The notes under the pieces: generated by a model
What the model saw: the letters and a program-made list of their open reading frames with translations, nothing else
The model's database searches: none
What the model was told of the DNA's origin: nothing
Made by a program: the position numbers and the translations under genes
Part shown: positions 16,191 through 25,009 of the stretch, piece by piece
Numbering within the stretch: the stretch's first letter is position 1
Layout: each line of letters begins with the position of its first letter
Source: Vicinamibacterales bacterium
GTDB taxonomy: Bacteria; Acidobacteriota; Vicinamibacteria; Vicinamibacterales; 2-12-FULL-66-21
Direction: 5' to 3'
NCBI GenBank assembly: GCA_035250005.1
Contig: DATFFM010000073.1
Span: 3,215 to 67,214 of the forward strand
DNA: 64,000 nt

Positions 16191-17896
16191 CGCCCGAAGC
16201 GCAACAGACCCGGCTGCTGGCGCGGACGTTCTTTTCGCGCCTGTTCGAGACCGACCTCATGACCAGCAGCCACGGTCAGGTGCAGCTCGTCATCTCGGTC
16301 ATCGTGTTCCTCGCCGCCCCGGCATTGATCCTGCCCATCCTCGTCTCGAAGAAGTACTTCCGAATCAGGGATCCCGACCTGCTGCTCGCCGCGATGGCGC
16401 AGGACCGGACGATGGCGCTGCTGCTGGCGACGGTCGCGACCGCCATGATCACGCTGGTGCTCTGGGAGAACGTCTTTCCGGACCAGCGCGACAGCCGCCA
16501 CCTGGGCGTGCTCCCGATCAGGCAGCGGTCGTTCGTCCTGGCGAGGATGATCGCGATGGTTGCACTTTTCGTCATGTTGTTCCTCGGCACGACGGCGCTG
16601 GCCGCGGTCACGTTCGGCCTGACCGGTAGCATGTTCCACGCGTCAGGCGGCTTCTTTCGGATCGCGTTCGCCCACTTCATCGCGGTGGCCGGCGCGGAAG
16701 CGTTCGTCTTCTTCAGCCTGGTCATGCTGCAGTGCGCCCTGATGAGCATCGCGGGACCCGGCCTCGCCCATCGATTCGCCGTCGTCCTGCAGGTCGTGTT
16801 CGTCGTCACGGTGCTGCAGACCCCATTGCTGCTGCCCGGGCGTGAGGCTTTCCTCGCCGGCGGCGGCGGTGCGCCGCCGTGGTCGCAGGCGGCAACCGTC
16901 TGGGCACTGCCGCCCATGTGGTTTCTGGCCTTGTTCGAGTTCCTCGCACGGGGCGGTTATCCAGGAACCCGTGGGCTCGCGACGCTTGCGGCGATCGCCG
17001 GAGGCGGCACTCCGATCCTGGCGCTGGCGTTCTACGCCGCAAGCTACGGCCGCTTGACACGGCTGGCGATAGAAGGACGGCCGCTCCCGAAGGGACGCTC
17101 GACGCCCCTCCTGGCACGGGGCGTCTCGGCGGCGGTACGCGCGACCACGTCCGTGCCGGTTACGGCTGCCGTCTGCGCCTTTACGCTTCGAACGCTGGCA
17201 CGCAGCCGCCAGCATCGCATGCTCCTCGCCGGATGGATCGGCGTGGCGACGGCGTTCATCATTTCGTCGATCCTGCCGGTGGCCGTCCGGGTCGGGTGGA
17301 GTGCGTTCGAAAGACCTCACGCCGCCGTACTCGTCGGCCCGCTCATCCTTTCCGCACTGACGATCACCGGGATGCGGATGTTGTTCGCGCTCCCGGTCGA
17401 GATCCGTGCGAACTGGACGTTCCGGCTCCGGGAACCGGTAACGGTGTCGGAGGCCGTGAACGGGGCCGAGGCGGCGCTGGTCATCTGCGGCGTCCTGCCC
17501 GCGGTCGTATTGGCGCTCGTCTCTGCCGGATGGCTCTGGGGCATCACGGCCGGGCTGATGCACGCCGTGTTCTGCGGCGTGATGGCGATGACCGCCGTTC
17601 AGTTCCTGATGCGCGGCGTCGACAAGATCCCGTTCACGTGTACGTATTTTCCAGGCAAGGCACAGATCGGCAAGTTCTGGCCCCTCTATCTCACCGCCTT
17701 CACGACATTCACCTATTCGGCGGCCTTCTCCGAAGTGGCGTTGCTCGAGTCTCCCGTCGGGTACGGCGCCGCTGTCGTGGTTCTCGGACTGACGGGGGGC
17801 GCGCTCGCCTGGAGCCGGCGGCGCGATACGGCGCTGCTGCCCAACCTGCGATTCGAGGAAGAGCCCATGGACGGCTTGACGGTCATGTCCTTCTGA
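16187..17896 (+). CDS. large polytopic membrane protein, putative permease partner of the ABC ATPase
   Basis: 569-aa ORF whose start overlaps the ATPase stop (ATGA at 16187-16190). At least 10 hydrophobic segments. No conserved motif recognised by eye. Confidence 0.65.
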   Translation: MTPEAQQTRLLARTFFSRLFETDLMTSSHGQVQLVISVIVFLAAPALILPILVSKKYFRIRDPDLLLAAMAQDRTMALLLATVATAMITLVLWENVFPDQRDSRHLGVLPIRQRSFVLARMIAMVALFVMLFLGTTALAAVTFGLTGSMFHASGGFFRIAFAHFIAVAGAEAFVFFSLVMLQCALMSIAGPGLAHRFAVVLQVVFVVTVLQTPLLLPGREAFLAGGGGAPPWSQAATVWALPPMWFLALFEFLARGGYPGTRGLATLAAIAGGGTPILALAFYAASYGRLTRLAIEGRPLPKGRSTPLLARGVSAAVRATTSVPVTAAVCAFTLRTLARSRQHRMLLAGWIGVATAFIISSILPVAVRVGWSAFERPHAAVLVGPLILSALTITGMRMLFALPVEIRANWTFRLREPVTVSEAVNGAEAALVICGVLPAVVLALVSAGWLWGITAGLMHAVFCGVMAMTAVQFLMRGVDKIPFTCTYFPGKAQIGKFWPLYLTAFTTFTYSAAFSEVALLESPVGYGAAVVVLGLTGGALAWSRRRDTALLPNLRFEEEPMDGLTVMSF

Positions 17897-17904
17897 CGTT
17901 GGTC

Positions 17905-17945
17905 AACTCCCAAACTCCAAACTCCAAACTCCAAACTCCAAATGC
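17905..17945. repeat. heptamer tandem array (AAACTCC)n, same family and orientation as the left arm of 14158-14243
   Basis: aactccc aaactcc aaactcc aaactcc aaactcc aaatgcc, directly after the stop of the 569-aa membrane protein. Confidence 0.85.
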
Positions 17946-17983
17946 CCAGCTTCAAACGGCCAGGTTGAGACGAAAGCTGCGTG

Positions 17984-18013
17984 TTGACGCTAGTATCACT
18001 TTGATACTAGTAT
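17984..18013 (+). promoter_or_regulatory. candidate promoter plus perfect 9-3-9 palindromic operator upstream of padR-2
   Basis: TTGACG (17984-17989) - 18 nt - TAGTAT (18008-18013). CTAGTATCA-ctt-TGATACTAG (17990-18010) spans the spacer and the -10. Only 6 nt separate the -10 from ATG 18020, so the mRNA is probably leaderless. Confidence 0.5.
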
Positions 18014-18019
18014 CCCCGC

Positions 18020-18385
18020 ATGGCCAAGGCTTCCCCCCGGTACAATACCGAACAGCATCTCCCACTGAAACCGCTGGTCTTCCAGGTACTCCTTGCGCTG
18101 GCCGAGGGTGAGCGCCATGGGTGGAGTCTCGTGCGCGACGTCCAGCAGCGCGGCGGCTTCGGCCGGCTGATGCCGGGCAATTTCTACCGCACGCTGCGGT
18201 CCATGCTCGCGGACGGCTTCATCGAAGAGTGCCCGTCACGCCCGGCGGCGACCGACGACGACGAGCGCCGACGCTACTTCCGGCTGACGGCACTCGGTGA
18301 ACAGGTCGCGATCGCGGAAGCGAAGCGCCTGGAGGCTGCCGTGCTCGAGGCGCGCGCCCGAAAACTCCTGACGCGGCGGGGATGA
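18020..18385 (+). CDS. PadR-family transcriptional regulator (module 2)
   Basis: 121 aa. [23 protein letters not shown]...[18 protein letters not shown]...[10 protein letters not shown]. Confidence 0.9.
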   Translation: MAKASPRYNTEQHLPLKPLVFQVLLALAEGERHGWSLVRDVQQRGGFGRLMPGNFYRTLRSMLADGFIEECPSRPAATDDDERRRYFRLTALGEQVAIAEAKRLEAAVLEARARKLLTRRG

Positions 18386-21051
18386 TGACAGCGCTCGAAC
18401 GGCTGCTGTACCGGATCCTGCTGCTCGCGTTTCCGCGACGCATTCGCCGGGACTTCGGCGCCGACATGGCTGTGATGTTCGAGAAGCAACTGATCGAGAC
18501 CCGACCGGCGGGAGCGGGGCGTGCGCGCATCTGGGCGGCCGCCATCGTTGACGCGCTCGCCAATGGCGCCGCCGAACGCAGCCGGCCGCTGCAGGCGGCG
18601 GCGCTGGCTCTGCCCCGGGAAACCAGGCGATGGAGGTGGTGGATGTACGCAATTCGTCAGGACGTTCAGTACGCGATTCGGCTTCTCGCCAAGCAGCCGG
18701 GGATCACCATCATCGCGGTGCTGACCCTCGCGCTGGGGATCGGCGCCAACACCGCCATCTTCTCCGCCGTCAACGCTGTTCTGCTGCGGCCGTTGCCCTA
18801 CCCGGAGCCCGATCGCGTGATGATGCTGTGGGAGAAGCGGCCGGCCGAAGGGGTGTTCGACAACGTCGTGTCGCCGGCCGACTTCCTCGACTGGGCGCAG
18901 ATGCAGGGGGCCTTCGAGTCCCTCGCGGCGATCGTTCCGGTCGCAACCGACCTGACGGGCACGGGGGATCCGGTCCGCGTGTTCACCGGTGCGGTCTCGC
19001 CGTCGTTCTTCGATGTTTTCGGCACCCGGCCCATGCTCGGCCGGACGTTCAGGGAAGACGAAACGGTCCCGGGCAAACACCGGGTCCTGATCGTCGGGCA
19101 TCGCCTGTGGCAGGAGCGCTTCGGCTCCGATCGCGCGATCGTGGGCAGGACGATCGCGCTCAGCGGCGTGCCTCACGAGGTGGTCGGGGTGCTGCCGCCC
19201 ACGTTCGAGTTCCCCGACGACGAACTGGAGCTGTGGGTGCCGCTGACGTTTGCCGCCGGGGCCCAGCCGTCCCGCACGAGCCATTACCTCAACGTCTACG
19301 GACGGCTGAAGCCGGGCGTGACGCTCGAACAGGCCCGGATCGAGATGGATCGCATCGGCACGCAGCTGCAGCAGCAGTACCCGGATGCGAACCGGGCCCA
19401 CGGCGCGCATGTCACCTCGATGGCGGCGCAATTGAAGACGCCGGTCCGGTCTCCGCTCCTGCTTCTTCTCACCGCCGTCGGGCTGGTGCTCCTGATCGCG
19501 TGCGTCAATGTGGCGAACCTGCTGCTCGCGAAAGCGGCAGCGAGACGCCGCGAGATGGCGGTGCGTGCCGCCGTCGGCGCGGCGCGCGGCCGGCTTGCGG
19601 GTCAGATGATCACCGAGTCGGTCGTGCTCGCCCTGGTCGGCGGTACCGCCGGCCTGCTCGTGGCGTGGTGGGCGATCGGCGCACTCCGTCAGCTCGCGCC
19701 GGCCGGCATGCCGATCCTCGGTCTCGACCACTTTGCCCTCGAACCGCGAGTGCTCGCATTCACCTTCGTGGTCTCGCTGCTGACTGGGCTGGTATTCGGC
19801 GTGCTTCCGGCGTGGCATCTGGCGAGTCAGGACGTCAGCCAGACGCTCAGAGACGCAGGACGCAGCGCCGGCAGCGTGCGGCGGGGCCTCCGGGTGGCGC
19901 TGGTGGTCTCAGAGATCGCCCTGGCGTCACTGCTGCTGGTCGCCGCGGGGCTGACGGTTCGCAGCTTCCAGTCGCTGCTCGATACCGATGCAGGATTCCG
20001 GAGCGACGGCGTGCTCACGTTCAACATCACCTTGCCACAGTCGCGTTACGCGACCACCGAGGCACAACTCGCGGCCTTCGAGCGCGTCGGAGAACAGCTG
20101 AAAGTGCTTCCGGGTGTCGTCGTAGTGGGCGCGACCAGTTTCCTCCCACTCTCGGGGGCCGACGCGCGCCGCGGCGTGGGCATCGAAGGCCGGGAGCCGA
20201 CCCCTGATACGCCAACGCGCGCCCATCCCCGGCCGGTGACGCCCGACTACTTCCGTGCAATCGGGATCACCGTCAAGGAAGGACGAGGTTTCACGAAGAG
20301 CGACGACGCGAACGCTCCGCTGGTCGTGGTCGTCAACGAAACCATGGCACGCCGCTACTGGCCCGGCGTCTCACCGGTCGGAAAGCGCCTGACACTCGCA
20401 GGCGGCGACGTCTGGCGCGAAGTCGTCGGTGTCATCGCCGATGTCCGGCACTGGGGCCTCGATCAGGTCGTCAATCCCGAGATGTACTTTCCCCACGTGC
20501 AGCTGCCCTTCTCGTCGACCATGACCTTCGTCGTGCAGACCAGGACCGACCCCGCGTCGCTGGCAGCCGCAGCCCGGGAGCAGGTCAGGCTCATCGACCC
20601 GAATCTGCCGCTGTCGAAGGTACGAGGCATGAACGAGGTCGCCGCGCTGTCGATGGCGTCGCGGCGAGGCGGCATGCTCCTGCTGTCGGTTTTCGGCCTG
20701 CTGGCGCTGACCCTTGCGGCCGCGGGGATCTATGGAGTGATGTCCCACCTCGTCGCGCTCCGGCGCGCCGAGATCGGCATCCGCATGACGCTCGGCGCCC
20801 GGCCGTCCACAGTGATGAGTCTGGTGCTCAAGGAAGGCTTGCTTCAGACAGCCGCCGGTCTGACGATCGGCGTGGTGGGCGGGGTCCTGGCGATGAGAAC
20901 GTTCCGGGCGATGCTGTTCGAGGTGGAACCGGCGGACCCGCTCACGCTCGGAACCGTGACGATCCTTCTGCTTGCAACCGCCGCACTCGCCTGCATCGTA
21001 CCGGCACGGCGTGCCATGCGCGTGGATCCGGTAGAGGCGCTGCGCAGCTAG
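18382..21051 (+). CDS. ADOP-like duplicated permease with N-terminal prefix domain (paralog 4)
   Basis: ATG overlaps the padR stop (ATGA 18382-18385). About 90-aa extension [33 protein letters not shown]... comes before [39 protein letters not shown]-terminal [16 protein letters not shown]. Confidence 0.9.
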   Translation: MMTALERLLYRILLLAFPRRIRRDFGADMAVMFEKQLIETRPAGAGRARIWAAAIVDALANGAAERSRPLQAAALALPRETRRWRWWMYAIRQDVQYAIRLLAKQPGITIIAVLTLALGIGANTAIFSAVNAVLLRPLPYPEPDRVMMLWEKRPAEGVFDNVVSPADFLDWAQMQGAFESLAAIVPVATDLTGTGDPVRVFTGAVSPSFFDVFGTRPMLGRTFREDETVPGKHRVLIVGHRLWQERFGSDRAIVGRTIALSGVPHEVVGVLPPTFEFPDDELELWVPLTFAAGAQPSRTSHYLNVYGRLKPGVTLEQARIEMDRIGTQLQQQYPDANRAHGAHVTSMAAQLKTPVRSPLLLLLTAVGLVLLIACVNVANLLLAKAAARRREMAVRAAVGAARGRLAGQMITESVVLALVGGTAGLLVAWWAIGALRQLAPAGMPILGLDHFALEPRVLAFTFVVSLLTGLVFGVLPAWHLASQDVSQTLRDAGRSAGSVRRGLRVALVVSEIALASLLLVAAGLTVRSFQSLLDTDAGFRSDGVLTFNITLPQSRYATTEAQLAAFERVGEQLKVLPGVVVVGATSFLPLSGADARRGVGIEGREPTPDTPTRAHPRPVTPDYFRAIGITVKEGRGFTKSDDANAPLVVVVNETMARRYWPGVSPVGKRLTLAGGDVWREVVGVIADVRHWGLDQVVNPEMYFPHVQLPFSSTMTFVVQTRTDPASLAAAAREQVRLIDPNLPLSKVRGMNEVAALSMASRRGGMLLLSVFGLLALTLAAAGIYGVMSHLVALRRAEIGIRMTLGARPSTVMSLVLKEGLLQTAAGLTIGVVGGVLAMRTFRAMLFEVEPADPLTLGTVTILLLATAALACIVPARRAMRVDPVEALRS

Positions 21052-21063
21052 GAGCAGTGCCCC

Positions 21064-21909
21064 TCAGGGCGTCCGCGGCTGTTTCGACACAGCTTCGAGA
21101 AAGCGGTCCACCGTGGGCCAGTACTCGGGGCGGGCTGCGTACATCTCGTTGTGGCCCGCCCCCTTCAGCGAGGCAAAGGTCTTCTGCGGACTTCCCGCGC
21201 CCTCGAAAACCTTCCGGCCCGCCGCGAAGGGGATCAGCGTGTCGGCGTCGCCGTGCACGACGAGAAGCGGCCCATCGTAGCTCTCGAGATGCGTCGCGGT
21301 CGAGAACGTGTAGGTCGAGAAAACGCTCAGGCCCAGCATCAGGGGATTGCCGGCAAAGAGAAAGCGCGCGCTGGGAAACGCGCTTTCGAGGATGAGCGCG
21401 TCAGGGGGCGACTGGGCGGCGGCGTAGGCGGCCACGACTGATCCGAGAGAGCGACCCCAGTAGATCGTCGGCGTCCGGTCACGACGAAGATGTTTCGCGA
21501 AGTGGGCGGTCACCGCGTCCGCATCGCGATAGATGCCCTTCTCCGACGGGCTGCCGCCGCTCCCGCCGTAGCCCCGATAGTCGACCGCGAGGACGCTGAA
21601 GCCCCGGCGCCGGATGTCGGCGAACACGTCCAGCCACATCGACAGATTCCCGCCGTTGCCGTGCCAGTAGATGACCCGCCCGCGCGGCGAGGGATGCTCC
21701 AGCCACCATCCGTGCAGGGTGACACCGTCGGACGTGACGATCTGGAGTTCGGAGAAGGGGAGGCCGGCGGAGGCCGGCGTTTCCTGAACGCCGCGCGACG
21801 GGAAGAAGGCCATCCGGGGCTGCATCCAGCGGACCAGCACCCAGAGCGCCGCGATGAACAGGAAGGCCAGCCACGCCAGGCGCATGATTCGAGGATAGCG
21901 CGCCATCAA
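21064..21909 (-). CDS. alpha/beta hydrolase (membrane-anchored)
   Basis: 281 aa. N-terminal TM helix, HGNGGN oxyanion region, nucleophile elbow GRSLGS, later HGDADTLIP and GAGHNE (catalytic Asp/His contexts). Confidence 0.85.
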   Translation of the reverse strand: MMARYPRIMRLAWLAFLFIAALWVLVRWMQPRMAFFPSRGVQETPASAGLPFSELQIVTSDGVTLHGWWLEHPSPRGRVIYWHGNGGNLSMWLDVFADIRRRGFSVLAVDYRGYGGSGGSPSEKGIYRDADAVTAHFAKHLRRDRTPTIYWGRSLGSVVAAYAAAQSPPDALILESAFPSARFLFAGNPLMLGLSVFSTYTFSTATHLESYDGPLLVVHGDADTLIPFAAGRKVFEGAGSPQKTFASLKGAGHNEMYAARPEYWPTVDRFLEAVSKQPRTP

Positions 21910-21938
21910 TCTGGAGCGCTCGACTCACCCGAAGTCGC

Positions 21939-21980
21939 GGCATTCGGCATTCAGCGTTCAGCGTTCAGCGTTCAGCATTG
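21939..21980. repeat. heptamer tandem array (GGCATTC)2(AGCGTTC)3 AGCATTG
   Basis: Six consecutive 7-nt units between the amidohydrolase stop (21996) and the alpha/beta-hydrolase start (21909). Confidence 0.85.
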
Positions 21981-21995
21981 ACATCCGGCAATCCC

Positions 21996-23666
21996 CTACC
22001 GGCTGCTCGTCGTCTTCGCCCCCCGTGTCCGCTTCTGCTTCTCCACCATCGCCGCGACGTCCGCGAGCAGCTGCTTGGCGTCGTAGACGATGCCGTCCTT
22101 GATCGTGTACTTCACGCCGCCGACCCGCTCGACCTGGCGGGTGGTGTCGTTCAGCTTCAGGTGACCGTTGCCGTACAGCACCTTGAAGTTGCGCAGCGGG
22201 TTCTGATCCACGATCACCATGTCGGCCAGCATCCCCGAACGCACGACTCCAAACTCGGGCGCCCTGCCCTTGGGCTCCTCGAGCGTGAGTGCGCCGTTCA
22301 TCGTCGCCGCCTGGATCACCTCGAGGGGATGGAAGCCGGCTTCCTGCAGCATCTCGAGCTCGTTGATGTAGCCGAAGCCGTAGGTCTGGTAGATGAAGCC
22401 GGAGTCGGAGCCGGTCGTGACCCTGCCGCCCATCTTCTTGTAATCGTTCATCAGCCTGAACCACACCTGATAGAAGTTGCGCCAGGCGACTTCATCCTCG
22501 GTCGTCCAGTCGAACCAGTAGGATCCGTGAGAGCTGCGGCTCGGCGTGTAGAAGTCCATCAGCGATGGCAGCGTGTACTTGTCGTGCCAGTCGGCGTTGC
22601 GGAACGCGGCGACGTGGCGGCCGGCCGAGTAGATCGTGAGAGTCGGATCGAACACGGTGCCGAGCTTCAAATGTTCCTCGAGATACGCCTTCCACTCGGG
22701 GCTGCCCGGCGGATGGATCTTGTCCCAGAGGCGGGCGACCTGGCCGAAGCGCCACTGCTCGTCGTTCGCGTTCATCTCGACCGGCCAGGGCTGAACGACG
22801 TGGTCCTTCAACAGCGACTCGAAGTGGCCGTAGAAATGGGTGACCGTGCCGAGGCCGAGGCGGGCCGCCTTGATCGCGTTCATGTGCGCCACGCCGCTTT
22901 GCTGGAGGTGCGCCGTCGATCCCAGGCGATTCGCCTGCGCAGCCGCCAGCAGAGCCTTCATGATCTCCGGGCGATCGGCGCCGAGCTTCAGGCCGTCGAT
23001 GCCGTTCTTCGCCGCCCACTCGACGTAGGCCGTGGCCTTCTCGGGCGTATCGATGGCTCCCTGATCCCAGCCGCTGCCCGGGCGCTGATAGTTGTAGATG
23101 CGCGGCGCCACGATCTCGTTCTTCGCGCTGCGTTCCTTCTCCCTGACTGACACCGCGTTCGGGCCGAGCGACACACCCCGTACTGTCGTGACTCCATGGG
23201 CGAGCCAGAGCTTGTAGGCGTACTCCGCCTCTTCATTCTTCGGCGCGCCGCCAGCGTGCACGTGCATGTCCACGAAGCCGGGCATCAGGTACATCCCGGT
23301 CGCATCGATCTCGTGGTCGGCCTGGGGCCCGCGGTTCTGCCGCATCGGCAGGCCGGGCGTGCCGGCGCTGCGAACCGCGGTGATGCGGTTGCCCTGGACG
23401 ACGACGTCCATCGGACCGGCGGGAGGAGCCCCGGAGCCGTCGATCACCATGACGCCCCGGATGACGAGGGTCTTGAAGGGGCCTTTGCCTTCGTCCGGAC
23501 GCCGGTCCGGCGCGCCCTTGAGACTTTCCCGCTGCTGCGGCTGATCGGCCGCGGGTCGCGGCGTCTGAGGCTGCTGGGCCGCCACGACATGCGAACCGAT
23601 GCGGTAGAAAGCCAGCGCGAACAGCGCCAGCACGACCGCGTACTTGATGATCCTTGAACGGCGCAT
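21996..23666 (-). CDS. amidohydrolase-family metallo-hydrolase (secreted/anchored)
   Basis: 556 aa. N-terminal hydrophobic anchor, then LVIRGVMVIDGSG...GNRI...MPGFVDMHVHAGG (HxH metal site). Strong SD GGGAGG 6 nt upstream of ATG 23666. Confidence 0.85.
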   Translation of the reverse strand: MRRSRIIKYAVVLALFALAFYRIGSHVVAAQQPQTPRPAADQPQQRESLKGAPDRRPDEGKGPFKTLVIRGVMVIDGSGAPPAGPMDVVVQGNRITAVRSAGTPGLPMRQNRGPQADHEIDATGMYLMPGFVDMHVHAGGAPKNEEAEYAYKLWLAHGVTTVRGVSLGPNAVSVREKERSAKNEIVAPRIYNYQRPGSGWDQGAIDTPEKATAYVEWAAKNGIDGLKLGADRPEIMKALLAAAQANRLGSTAHLQQSGVAHMNAIKAARLGLGTVTHFYGHFESLLKDHVVQPWPVEMNANDEQWRFGQVARLWDKIHPPGSPEWKAYLEEHLKLGTVFDPTLTIYSAGRHVAAFRNADWHDKYTLPSLMDFYTPSRSSHGSYWFDWTTEDEVAWRNFYQVWFRLMNDYKKMGGRVTTGSDSGFIYQTYGFGYINELEMLQEAGFHPLEVIQAATMNGALTLEEPKGRAPEFGVVRSGMLADMVIVDQNPLRNFKVLYGNGHLKLNDTTRQVERVGGVKYTIKDGIVYDAKQLLADVAAMVEKQKRTRGAKTTSSR

Positions 23667-23693
23667 CGTAATCCTCCCGAAGGGCAGATCTTA

Positions 23694-23728
23694 ATGCATC
23701 CAGCGTTCAGCGTTCAGCGTTCAGCCTT
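23694..23728. repeat. heptamer tandem array ATGCATC(CAGCGTT)3 CAGCCTT, direct copy of the 21939-21980 family
   Basis: Same unit and orientation as 21953-21973. It supplies the TGA stop (23721-23723, minus strand) of the PAP2 gene. Confidence 0.85.
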
Positions 23729-24494
23729 TCCCCAGGACCATCCAGACCAGGCCCGCCACGGCCCAGCCGGCGAGAGCGTCGACGGCGTAGTGATAGCGGC
23801 CCAGGACCGCCCCGGCCGAGACCGCCATCGCCGCGACCGCCATCGCCGCCGGAATCGGCGCCGGCGCGTCCGCGAGCAGCAGCGCTGCCGCCAGGGCCTC
23901 GGCCGCGTGGCCGCTCGGCACCGTATTGACACCGATGCTGGTCTGCCCGAGGAGCTTCAGGTTCAGCGCGCGAAAACCGGAGTGCCAGGGCTCACACGCC
24001 TCGATACCCCGGGGCGGCCGCGTCTGGATCCACGGCAGCATGGCGAAGCAGATGTAGTCGGTGACGAGAACCACGGTCCAGAAGTGCGCCGCGTCTGGAT
24101 CCGGGCCCCAGGCCAGATGCAGGACGAGGGCGACCGGGACAAGCGGATACACACCGGCGTAAGCGAGCTCCAGAAGCTCGCAGATCGAACGAGGCATGCG
24201 CCGGACGAGCGGCGGTATCTTCAGACGCGCGTCGATGACGCCCAGAGCACGCTCGACGCGGGGCATCGGCGCCACCCACAACAGGCCGCTGGCCCAGTAC
24301 GCCACCAGCAGCAGGATCGGCGGCAGCAGAACATCCCGCAGCCAGAACGTCGTCGTCGCGGCAGTAATTGCGGTGAGGATCAGACCCGCGGCGGCCGCCG
24401 CCACCGCGCTCCTGCGGGCGTGCCGCGGCAGCCCGGGCAGCAGCAGCGCCACCGCGGCAACGTAGGCGAAATAGAGGATGCTGGCCGGGATCAT
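23721..24494 (-). CDS. PAP2-family phosphatase, integral membrane
   Basis: 257 aa, multi-TM. PAP2 motifs PSGHAAEA and GRYHYAVDALAG. Confidence 0.8.
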   Translation of the reverse strand: MIPASILYFAYVAAVALLLPGLPRHARRSAVAAAAAGLILTAITAATTTFWLRDVLLPPILLLVAYWASGLLWVAPMPRVERALGVIDARLKIPPLVRRMPRSICELLELAYAGVYPLVPVALVLHLAWGPDPDAAHFWTVVLVTDYICFAMLPWIQTRPPRGIEACEPWHSGFRALNLKLLGQTSIGVNTVPSGHAAEALAAALLLADAPAPIPAAMAVAAMAVSAGAVLGRYHYAVDALAGWAVAGLVWMVLGKG

Positions 24495-24577
24495 CAGCGC
24501 AGGGGCGCAACCTCCCGCCGCCGGGCGGAAGTTCGCCGTACAGAGTACTGCGTGAATTCGCGCCCGGCGGGCTCAGG

Positions 24578-24973
24578 CTAGCGTGTGATACGCAAGGTCG
24601 CGCGGTAATCTTCCGGCCGGATCGTCGTCGCGCTGAAGGGATACGGCGCCAGCTGCACGAGCTCGAGCGTGAAGGCGTCGTACTTCACCGGCTGGAGATT
24701 GCCGGTCTCGAAGGTCACGTCCTGCCGGCCACGGGGCCCGGCCAGCTGCACGCGCACCGTCGCGCTGCCCCCGAGGACGCACAGGGCATCCGCGGGGCAC
24801 CGGTTGTCACCCACGACGCCGGCAAACGTCACCGTGAGGGAGGCGCCGCCGACCGGCCGGGACTCGCCCGGGGCGAGCGTCAGTTCCTGGTCGACCGGCG
24901 CGGGCGCGGCTGGGCTCTCCAGGAAACAGCCCGTCGCCGCGAAGAGACAGAAAACAGCAAGGCAGAAGCGCAT
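24578..24973 (-). CDS. hypothetical lipoprotein
   Basis: MRFCLAVFCLFAATGC lipobox at ATG 24973. About 131 aa, beta-rich, two Cys pairs. No family recognised. Confidence 0.55.
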   Translation of the reverse strand: MRFCLAVFCLFAATGCFLESPAAPAPVDQELTLAPGESRPVGGASLTVTFAGVVGDNRCPADALCVLGGSATVRVQLAGPRGRQDVTFETGNLQPVKYDAFTLELVQLAPYPFSATTIRPEDYRATLRITR

Positions 24974-25009
24974 GTCCACGGACCCTGCCAAAATTGTACC
25001 GAGATCCGT

